NCBI GenBank assembly: GCA_964016885.1
Contig: OZ024741.1
Location: 167,090,001-167,154,000, forward strand
Source: Eledone cirrhosa
Lineage: Eukaryota
Length of the DNA stretch: 64,000 bases
Direction of reading: 5' to 3'
The notes below the pieces were generated by a model, which saw nothing but the letters and a program-made list of their open reading frames with translations, searched no databases and had not been told where the DNA came from. The position numbers and the translations under genes are program-made. Shown here one piece after another: positions 1-11,778 of this stretch (within the stretch, counting starts at the first letter, position 1; every line of letters starts with the position of its first letter).

Positions 1-45
1 TCCTCTTCTTCTTCTTCTTCTTCTTCTTCTTCTTCTTCTTCTTCA

Positions 46-76
<31 letters not shown>

Positions 77-244
77 CTTCTTCTTCTTCTTCTTCCTCTT
101 CAACTTCTTCTTCTCCTTCTTCTTCTTCCTCTTCTTCCTCTCCTTCTTCTCTTTCTTCTTCTTCTTCTTCTTCTTCTTCTTCTTCTTCTTCTTCTTCTTC
201 TTCACCTCCTTCTCCTTCTTCTTCTTCTTCGTCTTCTTCTTCTT

Positions 245-275
<31 letters not shown>

Positions 276-710
276 TCCTTCTCCTTCTTCTTCTTCTCCT
301 TCTTCTTCTCCTTCTTCTTCTTCTTCAACTTCTTCTTCTCCCTCTTCTTCTTCTTCTTCTTCTTCTTCTTCTTCTTCTCCTTCTTCTTCTTCTTCTTCTT
401 CTTCTTCTCCTCCTCCTTCTCCTTCTTCTTCTTCTTCTTATCCTTCTTCTTCTTCTCCTTCTTCTTCTTCTTCTTCTTCTTCTTCAACTTCTTCTTCTTC
501 TTCTTATCCTTCTCCTTCTTCTTCTTCTTCTTCTTCTTCTTCTTCTCCCCCTCCTTCTTCTTCTTCTTCTTCTTCTTCTTCTTCTTCTTTTTCTTCTCCT
601 TCTCCTTCTTCTTCTTCTTCTTCTTATCCTTCTCCTTCTTCTTCTTCTTCTTCTTCTTCTTCTTCTTCTTCTCCCCTCCTTCTTCTTCTTCTTCTCCCCT
701 CCTTCTTCTT

Positions 711-741
<31 letters not shown>

Positions 742-772
742 TCCTTCTCCTTCTTCTTCTTCTCCTTCTTCA

Positions 773-803
<31 letters not shown>

Positions 804-958
804 CTTCTTCTTCTTCTTCTTCTTCTTCTTCTTTTTCTTCTCCTTCTCCTTCTTCTTCTTCTTCTTCTTATCCTTCTCCTTCTTCTTCTTCTTCTTCTTC
901 TTCTTCTTCTTCTCCCCCTCCTTCTTCTTCTTCTTCTCCCCTCCTTCTTCTTCTTCTT

Positions 959-989
<31 letters not shown>

Positions 990-1020
990 TCCTTCTCCTT
1001 CTTCTTCTTCTCCTTCTTCA

Positions 1021-1082
<62 letters not shown>

Positions 1083-1215
1083 TCCTTCTCCTTCTTCTTC
1101 TTCTTCTTCTTCTCCCCCTCCTTCTTCTTCTTCTTCTTCTTCTTCTTCTTCTTCTTCTTTTTCTTCTCCTTCTCCTTCTTCTTCTTCTTCTTCTTCTTCT
1201 TCTTCTCCTTCTTCA
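1..1215. repeat. (TTC)n polypyrimidine microsatellite with interruptions
   Basis: Continuous TTC/CTC triplets with recurring TTA/TCAA/CCCC variants. The poly-K/R ORF 770..1243 is its artefact. Confidence 0.98.
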
Positions 1216-1356
1216 CCATCACCACCATCAGCAACAACAACATCAGTTATGTTGTTCTTATTGCTTACTCAACTTGCATGCATCACCTTTACTCATTGCT
1301 TGTTAATCTTCTCACTCACTCCTTGCCTAACCCATACAATCACAGCATGCTCTCTT

Positions 1357-1719
<363 letters not shown>

Positions 1720-1958
1720 AAGGTATCGATTCCTCACAAGTATAATCTGTACACTATAAATAATTAAACTTTGTGTAAACGAATCCGATGAATTGTATAA
1801 ATGCAAATGCACAGACCACTTAAATAATACTAGAAAACTAAGATGAAGAAATTTAAGACATTTTACTTCTCTTACGCATTTTTCAACTAAAAAGATGTAA
1901 AAACGAAATTGTAAAAGACTACCTCAAGCTCAGGTGTTAATACATCTAAAGTCTAAAG

Positions 1959-2257
1959 CAGTCATGGGCAACCTGCTGCCCGCGAAGCTTTCTGAATGGC
2001 TCGTCTAAGTCACCTAAGTGAAATCTTTCTGATTTTTTTACCACAACTTTTCAGTCGTAATTTATCTTTCTTTCATTTTTATGATCGAGGAAAACAACGT
2101 GTACGAATTCTGAAGAAACAAATCAAAACAACCTGAGTTACCGCCCTTTTATTAATATGGGGTACGAATGTAAAGTTGTAAATTAGCGCTTGCGGTCCGC
2201 CTGATGATGAGCCATATCTCATGCGGCCCACTTCTCGAAAAGGGTTGCCTATGCCTG
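1959..2257. mobile_element. hAT-superfamily (Buster/Charlie-type) MITE
   Basis: TIRs CAGTCATGGGCAACC / GGTTGCCTATGCCTG (13/15 match). Perfect 8-bp target duplication GTCTAAAG at 1951-1958 and 2258-2265, with central TA. Confidence 0.9.
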
Positions 2258-2269
2258 GTCTAAAGTCCG

Positions 2270-2517
2270 TGTTAGGCCAGAAGGCTCGTTAGGCCGGTTC
2301 TTATCCCGGTCTCATGGCATGAAGCAGCTGATAGTATAAGACTCTATCGGAGTGTTAAACCCCCCAGCTATTGCTGGTACTCATGTACAGCTGAGTATAC
2401 TGGAGCAACGTGAAATGAAGTGTTTTGCTCAAGAACACAACACACAGCGCCAGCCTAGGAATCGAACCCAAGACATTATGATCGTCCAACACCTTTACCA
2501 CTAGGTCACGAGCCTCC
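2270..2517 (-). mobile_element. tRNA-derived SINE (family 2)
   Basis: Minus strand begins GGAGGCTCGTGACCTAGTGGTAAAGG...GGTTCGATTCC (A/B boxes), then the core GTGTTCTTGAGCAAAACACTTCATTTCACGTTGCTCC. Relatives at ~14575-14690, ~48670-48790 and ~51622-51712. Confidence 0.8.
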
Positions 2518-2698
2518 ATTGTTCAGATATAGAGATGTGTATATATATTACAATCTGAGAAATGACTCGGAAAATTTACCACCAGCCATTAGTTGCACTG
2601 CATCCTGTATATTCAAAATCTTCATGAAAATATACAAAAATAAAGAGAAATATGCAATTTCAGTTAAAATATTCATAATCACAATTTCATAACTCATG

Positions 2699-2744
<46 letters not shown>

Positions 2745-2972
2745 CTTCTGGTTTTATAATTTCACAAATGTTTGCCAATAGAGAGAGAGAGAGTCGGTTT
2801 CTAACATAGATACAAGACTCTCTCATTGGAATTTACACAACATCAAATAGGTAGATATGTATGCATGTCTACATGTGTATGTATGTATGTATGTATGTAT
2901 GTATGTATGTATGTATGTATGTATGTATGTATGCATGTATGTATGTATGTATGTATGTATGTATGTATGTAT

Positions 2973-3197
2973 ATATCTGTTTTCTGCCCATTCAGTTTCG
3001 CCCATCACACTATATACCTTTATGACCACCAGACAGATAAAATCGGCATGTGAATCTCCCTGAAAACTGGGGTTAAGCGTACACGGCTCTGTGGATGCAA
3101 GTACATTTCACGAGCCGTCTGGACTGTTGACTGCAACAACTATGAACACTCGTCCTCGGACACAACAAAGGTACTACACCCCTCCGCAGCACACGTA
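2973..3197 (-). mobile_element. Inverted duplicate of the degraded L1/Tx1-like fragment at 5980-6203
   Basis: Near-identical reverse complement of 5980-6203, bounded by (TATG)n runs. Confidence 0.85.
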
Positions 3198-3252
3198 TAT
3201 ACATACATACATACATACATACATACATACATACATACATACATACATACAT

Positions 3253-3858
3253 GGTGGCTGCCAACTCGTTTTCGAGTACGGCCACTACTTTATATCCATG
3301 TAGGAGAACCCCTACCGATGCGCTGAACGAGTGTGACTTTTTAGTCCAGCCAGCGACTTGAAAACTCTGGTACAAACACTACACTTGTGACAATTATTGA
3401 CACATAGTGCTGGGCTCATGGTACCATGTGACGACAAGTGCAGAGAGATCTCCAGATATAAAGCAATGCCTGAGCCGTGAAGCTTTTATAGTGAGCAAAG
3501 GCACTGCACAAAGCCAGTCCCACTCTCTTAACCAAGATGATATTTACCAAAAAGAAGAACAAGTCAACATCATTGGATACCATCAGGGTTGCAGGTGTTA
3601 TATCAGAGTTTTCCTTCTCCTAGAATTCTGCCTTGACAAAGGCTAAGGGGTCATATCTCCCGGTGATTTTGGATGGCCATTGACTCTTAAGAGCTCCTTT
3701 GCTCTTTGACAGGTTTTGTTTTTAGTCCTGCAGGATGTCCAAAGTCACCCTCCTCACCAAGAAACCTTGGTGGGGTTGCCAGTTTAGTCGCCAACGACCC
3801 GACCATGAGACAGGTTGTACTGGGATACATGTTACCAGTAGCACCAACTGGTGACCTT
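3253..3858 (-). mobile_element. Non-autonomous RTE-like retroelement, copy 1
   Basis: Reverse complement of 5006-5606. Has the RTE-5'UTR-like motif TAGCCTTTGTCAAGGCAGAATTCTAGGAGAAGGAAAACTCTG and a (TATG)n tail. Confidence 0.7.
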
Positions 3859-3882
3859 TCATAACATACATACATACAAACA

Positions 3883-3913
<31 letters not shown>

Positions 3914-3988
3914 GTATGTGTTATTCTTGTATGTATGTATGTATGTATGTATGTATGTATGTATGTATGTATGTATGTATGTATGTAT

Positions 3989-4460
3989 GACCCAGTTCCA
4001 CGGAAATCTATAACAAGGCTAGCTGCTGCACGTTCCCTCCATGATTTAAACCAAATTGGTTCTTCATCTTCCAAAAAAGGGCCTGCACCACCACCACCAA
4101 ACCCACGTCATAGACGATCAAAGTCTTCCTCTAATGCTGAAACATGGTTGGAACACAGGGGCCGAGACCATGAACAACTTGACACTGTCATGCAACCGAA
4201 GCTGAAGAAGAAACGATCAGTGACTAAACTGACTGAGAAAGACACTAAAGAGGGTAATGTTGTACCTACAGCTACAGGAGGCTGCAGAATGGTTTTTTGA
4301 TGAAGTAGAGATGGTAAAACGTGGAAATCCTGGCAATGGCAAGAAACGGGACAGCCCACCTAGCCAAAATGCTCATGGTAACAGTGAGTGGACTGATACA
4401 GATACCCGTTGTGGCTATGGTATTGATGGGCATAAGAAATATAGACCGACTGAAGTATAG
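3989..4460 (+). pseudogene. KIF23: Processed, 5'-truncated pseudogene of kinesin-6 KIF23/MKLP1 (Pavarotti) C-terminal tail
   Basis: Translation RHRRSKSSSNAETWLEHR...DTVMQPKLKKKRSVTKL...GNVVPTATGGCRMVF/DEVEMVKRGNP matches the MKLP1 14-3-3 motif (RHRRSRS) and Arf6-binding tail. +1 frameshift in the T6 run 4293-4298; no introns; starts abruptly after (TATG)n. Confidence 0.8.
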
Positions 4461-4561
4461 AATATTTACCATAAGCTACCTAGCTGAGAGGAATTTGGAG
4501 GCCAGCATTGTATATATTGAATATTATATAACTGAGATTAGTAATGGTTAGCCAAAGCTGA

Positions 4562-5002
<441 letters not shown>

Positions 5003-5005
5003 GTC

Positions 5006-5606
5006 AGGTCACCACTTGGTGCTACTGGTAACACGTATCCCAGTACAACCTGTCTCATGGTCGGGTCGTTGGCGACTAAACTGGCAACCCCACCAAGGTT
5101 TCTTGGTGAGGAGGGGAACTTTGGACATCCTACAGGACTAAAAACAAAACCTGTCAAAGGGCAGAGGAGCTCTTAAGAGTCAATGACCATCCAAAATCAC
5201 CGGGAGAGATGACCCCTTAGCCTTTGTCAAGGCAGAATTCTAGGAGAAGGAAACTCTGATATAACACCTGCAACCCTGATGGTATCCAATGATGTTGACT
5301 TGTTCTTCTTTTTGGTAAATATCATCTTGGTTAAGAGAGTGGGACTGGCTTTGTGCAGTGCCTTTGCTCACTATAAAAGCTTCACGGCACAGGCATTGCT
5401 TTATATCTGGAGATCTCTCTGCACTTGTCATCACAGGGTACAATGGGCCCAGCACTATGTGTCAATAATTGTCACAAGTGTAGTGTTTGTGCCACAGTTT
5501 TCAAGTCGCTGGCTGGACTAAAAAGTCACACTCGTTCAGCGCATCGGTAGGGGTTCTCCTACATGGATATAAAGTAGTGGCCGTACTCGAAAACGAGTTG
5601 GCAGCC
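5006..5606 (+). mobile_element. Non-autonomous RTE-like retroelement, copy 2
   Basis: ~600 bp with no real ORF, an RTE-5'UTR-like body, 3' hairpin ACTCG-AAAA-CGAGT and a TGTATG tail. Confidence 0.7.
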
Positions 5607-5625
5607 TGTATGTATATATATATGT

Positions 5626-5893
5626 TTATATCGGAGTTATCCCAGTTTCCTGAGTTGTCTTCTCCTAGAAGAATGCCCTGACAAAGGCTCAGTAGTTACC
5701 GATGATGTTGATCTTTTCTTCTTTTCGGGTTATAGCTACTGTCGCTCAGAGAGTGGGATTGGCTCAGTGCACAGTCTTTCCTCACTTTAAAAAGAATCTT
5801 CACACACAGGCATTACACGATAGAATTAATTAATAATTATTAATAATTTTATATCGTGCAATGGCCATACTCGATAACGAGGGGGCAGCCATC
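5626..5893 (+). mobile_element. Diverged short relative of the RTE-like element with an inverted 5' segment
   Basis: Shares GATGATGTTGA..AGAGAGTGGGA and the 3' end GGCCATACTCGATAACGAG..GCAGCC plus (TATG)n. Segment 5626-5690 is antisense to 5219-5263. Confidence 0.65.
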
Positions 5894-5979
5894 ATGTATG
5901 TATGTATGTATGTATGTATGTATGTATGTATGTATGTATGTATGTATGTATGTATGTATGTATGTATGTATGTATGTAT

Positions 5980-6600
5980 ATACGTGTGCTGCGGAGGGGT
6001 GTAGTACCTTTGTTGTGTCCGAGGACGAGTGTTCATACTTGTTGCAGTCAACAGTACAGACGGCTCGTGAAATGTACTTGCATCCACAGAGCCGTGTACG
6101 CTTAACCCCAGTTTTCAGGGTGATTCACATGCCGATTTTATCTGTCTGGTGGTCAGAAAGATATATAGTGTGATGGGCGAAACTGAATGGGCAGAAAACA
6201 GATACTTTCCGCTTTGGACAAGTTTACGTTCCACTTGATAAGGAAATTGAAGTTCGAAAAGGAATGGTTGCCATGCGGCAAATTTGTTGTAAGGTGGATG
6301 AGAATGGTATCATGGTCTTAATGACAGGGCCTTTTCAGAGTATGCATATGTAGAATGGATGAGGACAACGTAGACGTGGTACTTGCTTTGGTGGTCAGTG
6401 AGGCCGTGTTTTGTGGAGATTTTCCACGAGTTACCCCGGAATGTCTTCCCCTTTTCAGGAATTTTACTTTAATTTTTATTGTTATCCATTTTTTAAATTT
6501 CTCCTTTTTAGAGTTTTCTATATAAAACCACTCTGTATCATATTGTACCGGCTCCAAACTTTTTGTAAACCCTTGTGATTAATAAAGAAAAGATTATTAT
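5980..6600 (+). mobile_element. Degraded 3' end of an L1/Tx1-clade LINE
   Basis: Broken ORF2 C-terminal peptides RRGVVPLLCPR, DFICLVV, FTFHLIRKLKFEKEWL..F..RW, then a T-rich 3'UTR ending AATAAAGAAAAGATTATTAT. Confidence 0.55.
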
Positions 6601-7234
6601 CGTGATTGTTGGTGTTACTGCTGTAGTTAGACAAGTTCACTGCGCTCGCTCACTATTCATTTAATGAAAGAGCCTTCGTTTGGGATTATTTGCAAACACA
6701 AGAGATCAGGAATGTTTGTGTATGTCGAGTAGACAAAATGTTTCTCTTTCAGGCATTTATTTAATGTTGTTTTTTTTTTTCAATTTATTAAATAATAAAT
6801 ATTGCTTCGGGAAGGAAAATTGTGTTCTTGTTTTCAGATGACCGAGAAACTGAAACGCTTTCCTCCATCTTCAACCGACATTGACAATGAAGAACTGATG
6901 CAAAGAGAGAGTGACCCTCAACAACAGCAGCAGGAAGCTGATAACAACGAGCCCCCTCTCCATGCAGTATCACCAACATCTACTTGTGAGGATTGGAAGC
7001 GGACGAAGAACGATGGGTGTCGGCAGGTCTCTGCGGAAAAAAAAGGTTCTCCAAAACATATTCAAAAGGCAATGAGAAAGTACCGAGGGGGAGCATATTT
7101 TCACGTACACTGGGACCCTTGTCAGTGAGGAAAAAACCCATCCCTTGCTTGGATTTGAATCACAAGTCCAACAAACGACTGACCAATGACGCGTGTCAAA
7201 TGCACCAGGAGTTTCTAAACAAAATCTAGATATG

Positions 7235-7395
7235 GAAACAAGATAGAATCAGATTAAAGAAAGAGAGGACAGAAAGAAAGAAAGAAAAAAGAAAGAAAGA
7301 TAGAAAGAAAGATAGAAAGAAAGAAAAAAGAAAGAAAGAAAAAAAGAAAGAAAGGACAGAAAGAAAGGAAGAAAGAAAGAAAGAACGAAAAGATA
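7235..7395. repeat. (GAAA)n microsatellite
   Basis: Directly visible. Confidence 0.9.
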
Positions 7396-7589
7396 GGTTA
7401 TTAATCAAGTAGTCTCCTAATGTTTCCATGCCAACGAACGAAAGGACGTGGGACAATACTCATGCACAAGAACACACCACGGAACTTTCTGAGCTTTCCA
7501 CTTGTGTTTTACCTTCATCTCCTTTCCAGATGATGCAAAGATTTTTAAATCATCAATTTGATCTTATTGTTTGTTGTTCTTTTCTTTCT

Positions 7590-7800
7590 GTAAAACACAA
7601 CACTTCGCTCTCCCACAGGTTTGCGGTCGTGCCCGTAACAGTGGAGACTTCTGGTGTCCTTGGCTTCTTACCACCATAGGCGCTGAACTGGTGAGCCGCA
7701 GGTGTGAGCCACGCGAGATGGAATGGCTCTTCCAGCGCATCTCGCTTACTATCCTCCGGGGAAACGCCTTCTCCATTCTGTCCGCCGGGGCCGTGGGGAG
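7590..7800 (+). mobile_element. Restriction-like endonuclease C-terminus of a CRE/NeSL-type non-LTR retrotransposon (frameshifted fragment)
   Basis: Peptides FAVVPVTVETSGVLG and EPREMEWLFQRISLTILRGNAFSIL match the PxAxETxG...FQRLSxAIxRGNA signature; local GC-rich island. Confidence 0.75.
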
Positions 7801-8005
7801 GCCAGCACGTGGGACTCCATTTGCTCACATTACAGATATATGGGAAGGGCGAGAGAGATGGAGGCGATGACAGTGGGAGTTCGGTTCTTCCGTGTTCGGA
7901 CCAGGTCTGCAGCGTCAGTTGTCTGTAGGGAGGTAGTGGTTTGTACTTAGCAAAGGTTTTTAGAACTTTGTGTTTGCGATTCCTGTATGTATTATGTGGA
8001 AAGAA

Positions 8006-8108
8006 ATAGTAGTAGTAGTAATAGCAGCAGCAGTAGTAGTAGTAGTAATAGTAGTAGTAGTAGTAGTAGTAGCAGCAGCAGCAGTAGTAATAGTAGTAGT
8101 AGTAGTAA

Positions 8109-8150
<42 letters not shown>

Positions 8151-8157
8151 TGGTAAT

Positions 8158-8188
<31 letters not shown>

Positions 8189-8250
8189 ATAGTAAAAGTT
8201 GCATGAGTAGCAGTAGCAGCAGCAGCACTAGCAGTAGTCGTAGTAGTAGT
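8006..8250. repeat. (AGT)n/(AGC)n microsatellite
   Basis: Directly visible; source of the poly-S/L/V ORFs. Confidence 0.97.
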
Positions 8251-8976
8251 CCAGTTCTCAACTATAAAATGGTGCCAAATTTAAATCATCATCATCAACA
8301 CCTTCCCACCGTCTTAGTCTGCTGGCATAACATTATTAGATATAATTGTTGCTGACGAGATAGATAATTACCTAAAGATGTGTCTGTTGTTATAAATCTC
8401 TTTTATAGTGCCTTTAACCTAATTCATCTCTGCTCCCTGGGGTCGGGTGAATAATGCACTTGACTCACAGCCAGATGATATTGAATAATGCATGATTACA
8501 GACCAGACGGTTAACAGATCATGCCTTGTCAACATCACAGCATCACTATATTATATCCATGGCCCTCCCAAAGACCACAAGGCTATATCCTTATCGTCAT
8601 TTAACATCCATTTTCCCGGTCAATAATCAAGTAGAGCTAGTGACCACAGCACATATAATTACTGGAGTTTACCCCCATTTAAGGAGCAGAGGGGGAGATC
8701 AAATGGACTACAATGTAGGCAAAAGGCCATGTTCTTACATGTGTGCTGTCAAATGTCATATGAGGGCCTTCTGCTCAGGAGAAGACCACTAGATGTACTG
8801 GGGACAATATATGACTGAGTCATTTAAATTTAGTGTACTACAAAAAGTACTAGAAACAAATTGAGCCACCTCACAATTACTACGCCGAGAGACTTACACA
8901 AGTGTGTATTGATCCATGTCGGCAATCGAGAAATTAGTAACGGATTAATTGACATGAAATAACCAAAATATATACA

Positions 8977-9050
8977 CAGGGTGTCCCAAAAACATATACC
9001 CACTTATACAGCATTCTAATTGACGTGTGTATACATTTTGGGGGATACCC

Positions 9051-9052
<2 letters not shown>
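8977..9052. mobile_element. Tiny Tc1/mariner-type MITE remnant
   Basis: Inverted termini CAGGGTGTCCCAAAA / TTTTGGGGATACCCTG next to TA-rich flanks. Confidence 0.55.
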
Positions 9053-9132
<80 letters not shown>

Positions 9133-9133
<1 letters not shown>

Positions 9134-9562
9134 GATATTAACAAATGGAAACTATATTTATAAAACCATATTTATTTCATTATACATATTTCAAGGATAC
9201 CAAGTTAAATTATGGTATGCCTTCATCCGACAAAATACAATATATACCAGTTTTATAAATAAACATTGACGTACCCTTTCAAAATGCGACCGTTACTGAT
9301 GTCTTCCAAAAGTAATGGTCGCATTTTGAAAGGGTACGTCAATGTTTATTTATAAAACTGGTATATATTGTATTTTGTCTGATAAAGGCATACCATAATT
9401 TAACTTGGTATCCTTGAAATATGTATAATGAAATAAATATGGTTTTATAAATATAGTTTCCATTTGTTAATATCGTATATCTACTCCAAATACTTGTCGA
9501 GTGCTTTATATCAGTTATAAAAATATTTACTTGTTGTATCCCAACAATTTAAATAGAAATTT

Positions 9563-9566
<4 letters not shown>
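9133..9566 (+). mobile_element. Fold-back non-autonomous Penelope-like element, copy 1
   Basis: 165-bp inverted arms (9133-9297 / 9311-9475), 13-nt loop, ~85-nt tail on one side only, embedded in (TA)n. Contains a hammerhead motif. Confidence 0.75.
9372..9434 (+). ncRNA. Minimal type I hammerhead ribozyme motif (core mutated in this copy)
   Basis: ATTTTGT-CTGATAA-AGG(C)ATACCA..TGGTATCCT-TGAAA-TATGTATA-ATGAAAT. The opposite arm reads CGGATGA and copy 2 reads TGATGA, giving consensus CTGATGA. Confidence 0.65.
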
Positions 9567-9643
<77 letters not shown>

Positions 9644-10171
9644 ATAATAGTTAATTTAGCAGCCAACGTATGCAATAAATTTACATTAGTATATATTCAG
9701 GACAGAAACAACCGAAACTGCATAAATATATATCTAGAAATACATATTAGTTATATAAATATGCAAACCTGTCAAATTTACGTATTTTCGTGTAAATTGG
9801 AAAAATGGCGAATACCTTTAATCGATATTCGACCATTGTTGTGATCTGATCATCACCAAACAATCACTAGGAAATTCGAACAGAAGGCCTTATAAATCCT
9901 ACCAGATATAGTAATATCATTGAAATAAACGTCTTAATTTATATATTATTAGCAGAAAAACCACCCTTCAGATGGTTTTCTGCTAGCATGTGTAGTGTCA
10001 TATTGATTTTATAGGCAAATATACATGCATGTAGATATGATACATCAAATAAAATCGTAATTGACAATATGCACAGAAATTGAAGAGAGACTGTGTTACA
10101 CTCTCTTCTGTAATCAGTAAAGTAACCCATGATACATTTAAAAAAGACGATATTATATTTAAACTGCATAA

Positions 10172-10360
10172 GGGCGGTGAATTGACAGTATCGGTGGAGG
10201 GTCGGACGCCATGCTTTCCAACATAGTTACGTCCCTTTGCAGTCTGAGTTCAAATCCCGTCGAGGTTAACTTTGCCTTTCATCCTTACAGGGTCGATAAA
10301 GTAAAGTACCAGTAATGTACTGGTTAATTGCTGGCCTTGTGCCAAAAGTAGAAACAATTA
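10172..10360 (+). mobile_element. tRNA-derived SINE (family 1, most abundant in window)
   Basis: B box GAGTTCAAATCCC, core GAGGTTAACTTTGCCTTTCATCCTTACAGGGTCGATAAA..AGTACCAG, ATT-type tail. Other copies (approx.): 12487-12650(-), 14185-14345(-), 17870-18000(-), 38452-38642(+), 39910-40130(-), 42921-43112(+), 45160-45305(-), 53390-53550(-), 61560-61735(+). Confidence 0.9.
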
Positions 10361-11109
10361 TATATAAACTGCATTACGGTGAAATGTAATGAAAACGAAA
10401 AAGGAGAAAGTTAGCGACAGAAATATAAACCTTATATAACGATGCAATTATATGAACGTTTACATAAGCGATGTAATAAATGTAACCGGAAGTATAGACT
10501 ATTGAACATTTTAAGAGAAGTGAATCTTGAAATAAGCAATCATTATATATTTAATCAACAGCTACGAAATTTAATACATAAATTATGCAATATTTATTTA
10601 TTATTTATTCAAAGTAATCCAAGTTATTTTACTAACGGGATAAACAAAATATATTCAGGACGCAGTCCCGCACTCCTCCCTTTATTATATTATTATTAGT
10701 GCTTATGTTGGTAGTTAATAATAAGATTTATTAAATTTCACACTATGCAGATGAAGTATATAAATTTATATCTATGTTTATGCAGTATAGAGTTAACCAA
10801 AATGACATAAATGCATATATAGACATGGCATCACGGCAAACATGTTGTGATGTTAAACATTGCCAAACAATGCCATTTCCATCATCATCATCACCATCAT
10901 AATCATCATCATCAATATGTATTTTTATATACACATTTATGCAGTCCTGGTTATTTCCACCCTGTATACACACTAGTGTAAATTTATTGCATACGTTAGC
11001 TGCTAAGTTAACTATTAGATATATATAACAATTAAAAACCCCTCCGGTTACTAATATATATATATGTGTGTGTGTGTATATATATATATGTATGTGTGTG
11101 TGTGTGTGT

Positions 11110-11178
<69 letters not shown>

Positions 11179-11549
11179 CAAAACGGTATACAATGTTTAA
11201 TCGTCCTGTTAATTGACAAAACTCTTTCGTCACAGACCCTGTGACCTCCTCAATGACTATCCTTGTTACTATGTATCTTCTTGTTCTATTTTTTTCCATT
11301 TTGACTTTTGACTTCAAAAAGACAAGATGGAATAAAATATCTATTCTCTCCACCAACAATTTCAAACATTATATTTGGTTATACTCTGAAATCACTTTCA
11401 TCTTTAAAAAATGCTAACTATTTCCCTTGAGTTCTTTACTCTGATAATGTTTCGGGTTTTTATACATAAATAAAATCATTTTTATCGTTAAATAATTGTA
11501 TGTTTGTGTGTGTGATTACGTGCAAGTATAACTGGTATGGACATGTGAT

Positions 11550-11778
11550 ACGTGTGGATAATAATTGTTAAGTGAAGAAGTGCTAGTTTGTAGTGGAAGA
11601 AAGCAGCAGTAAAGAAGGCCAATGAAGATCTGGGCCGAAGTGGTGAGAGCAGATCTCAAAATGCTGAAACTGACAGAGGAGATGACGAAGGAATGCAGTA
11701 GTTGGAGGAAAGCTGTGCTGGAAAAGATTGGTTCAACTTATGCAAGGTTGGAAAACTGGACGTAAAAGGATGATGATG

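Noticed and set aside
10172-10270. tRNA genes at A/B-box motifs
   Set aside because: They are SINE heads followed by the SINE core and tail; no cloverleaf.
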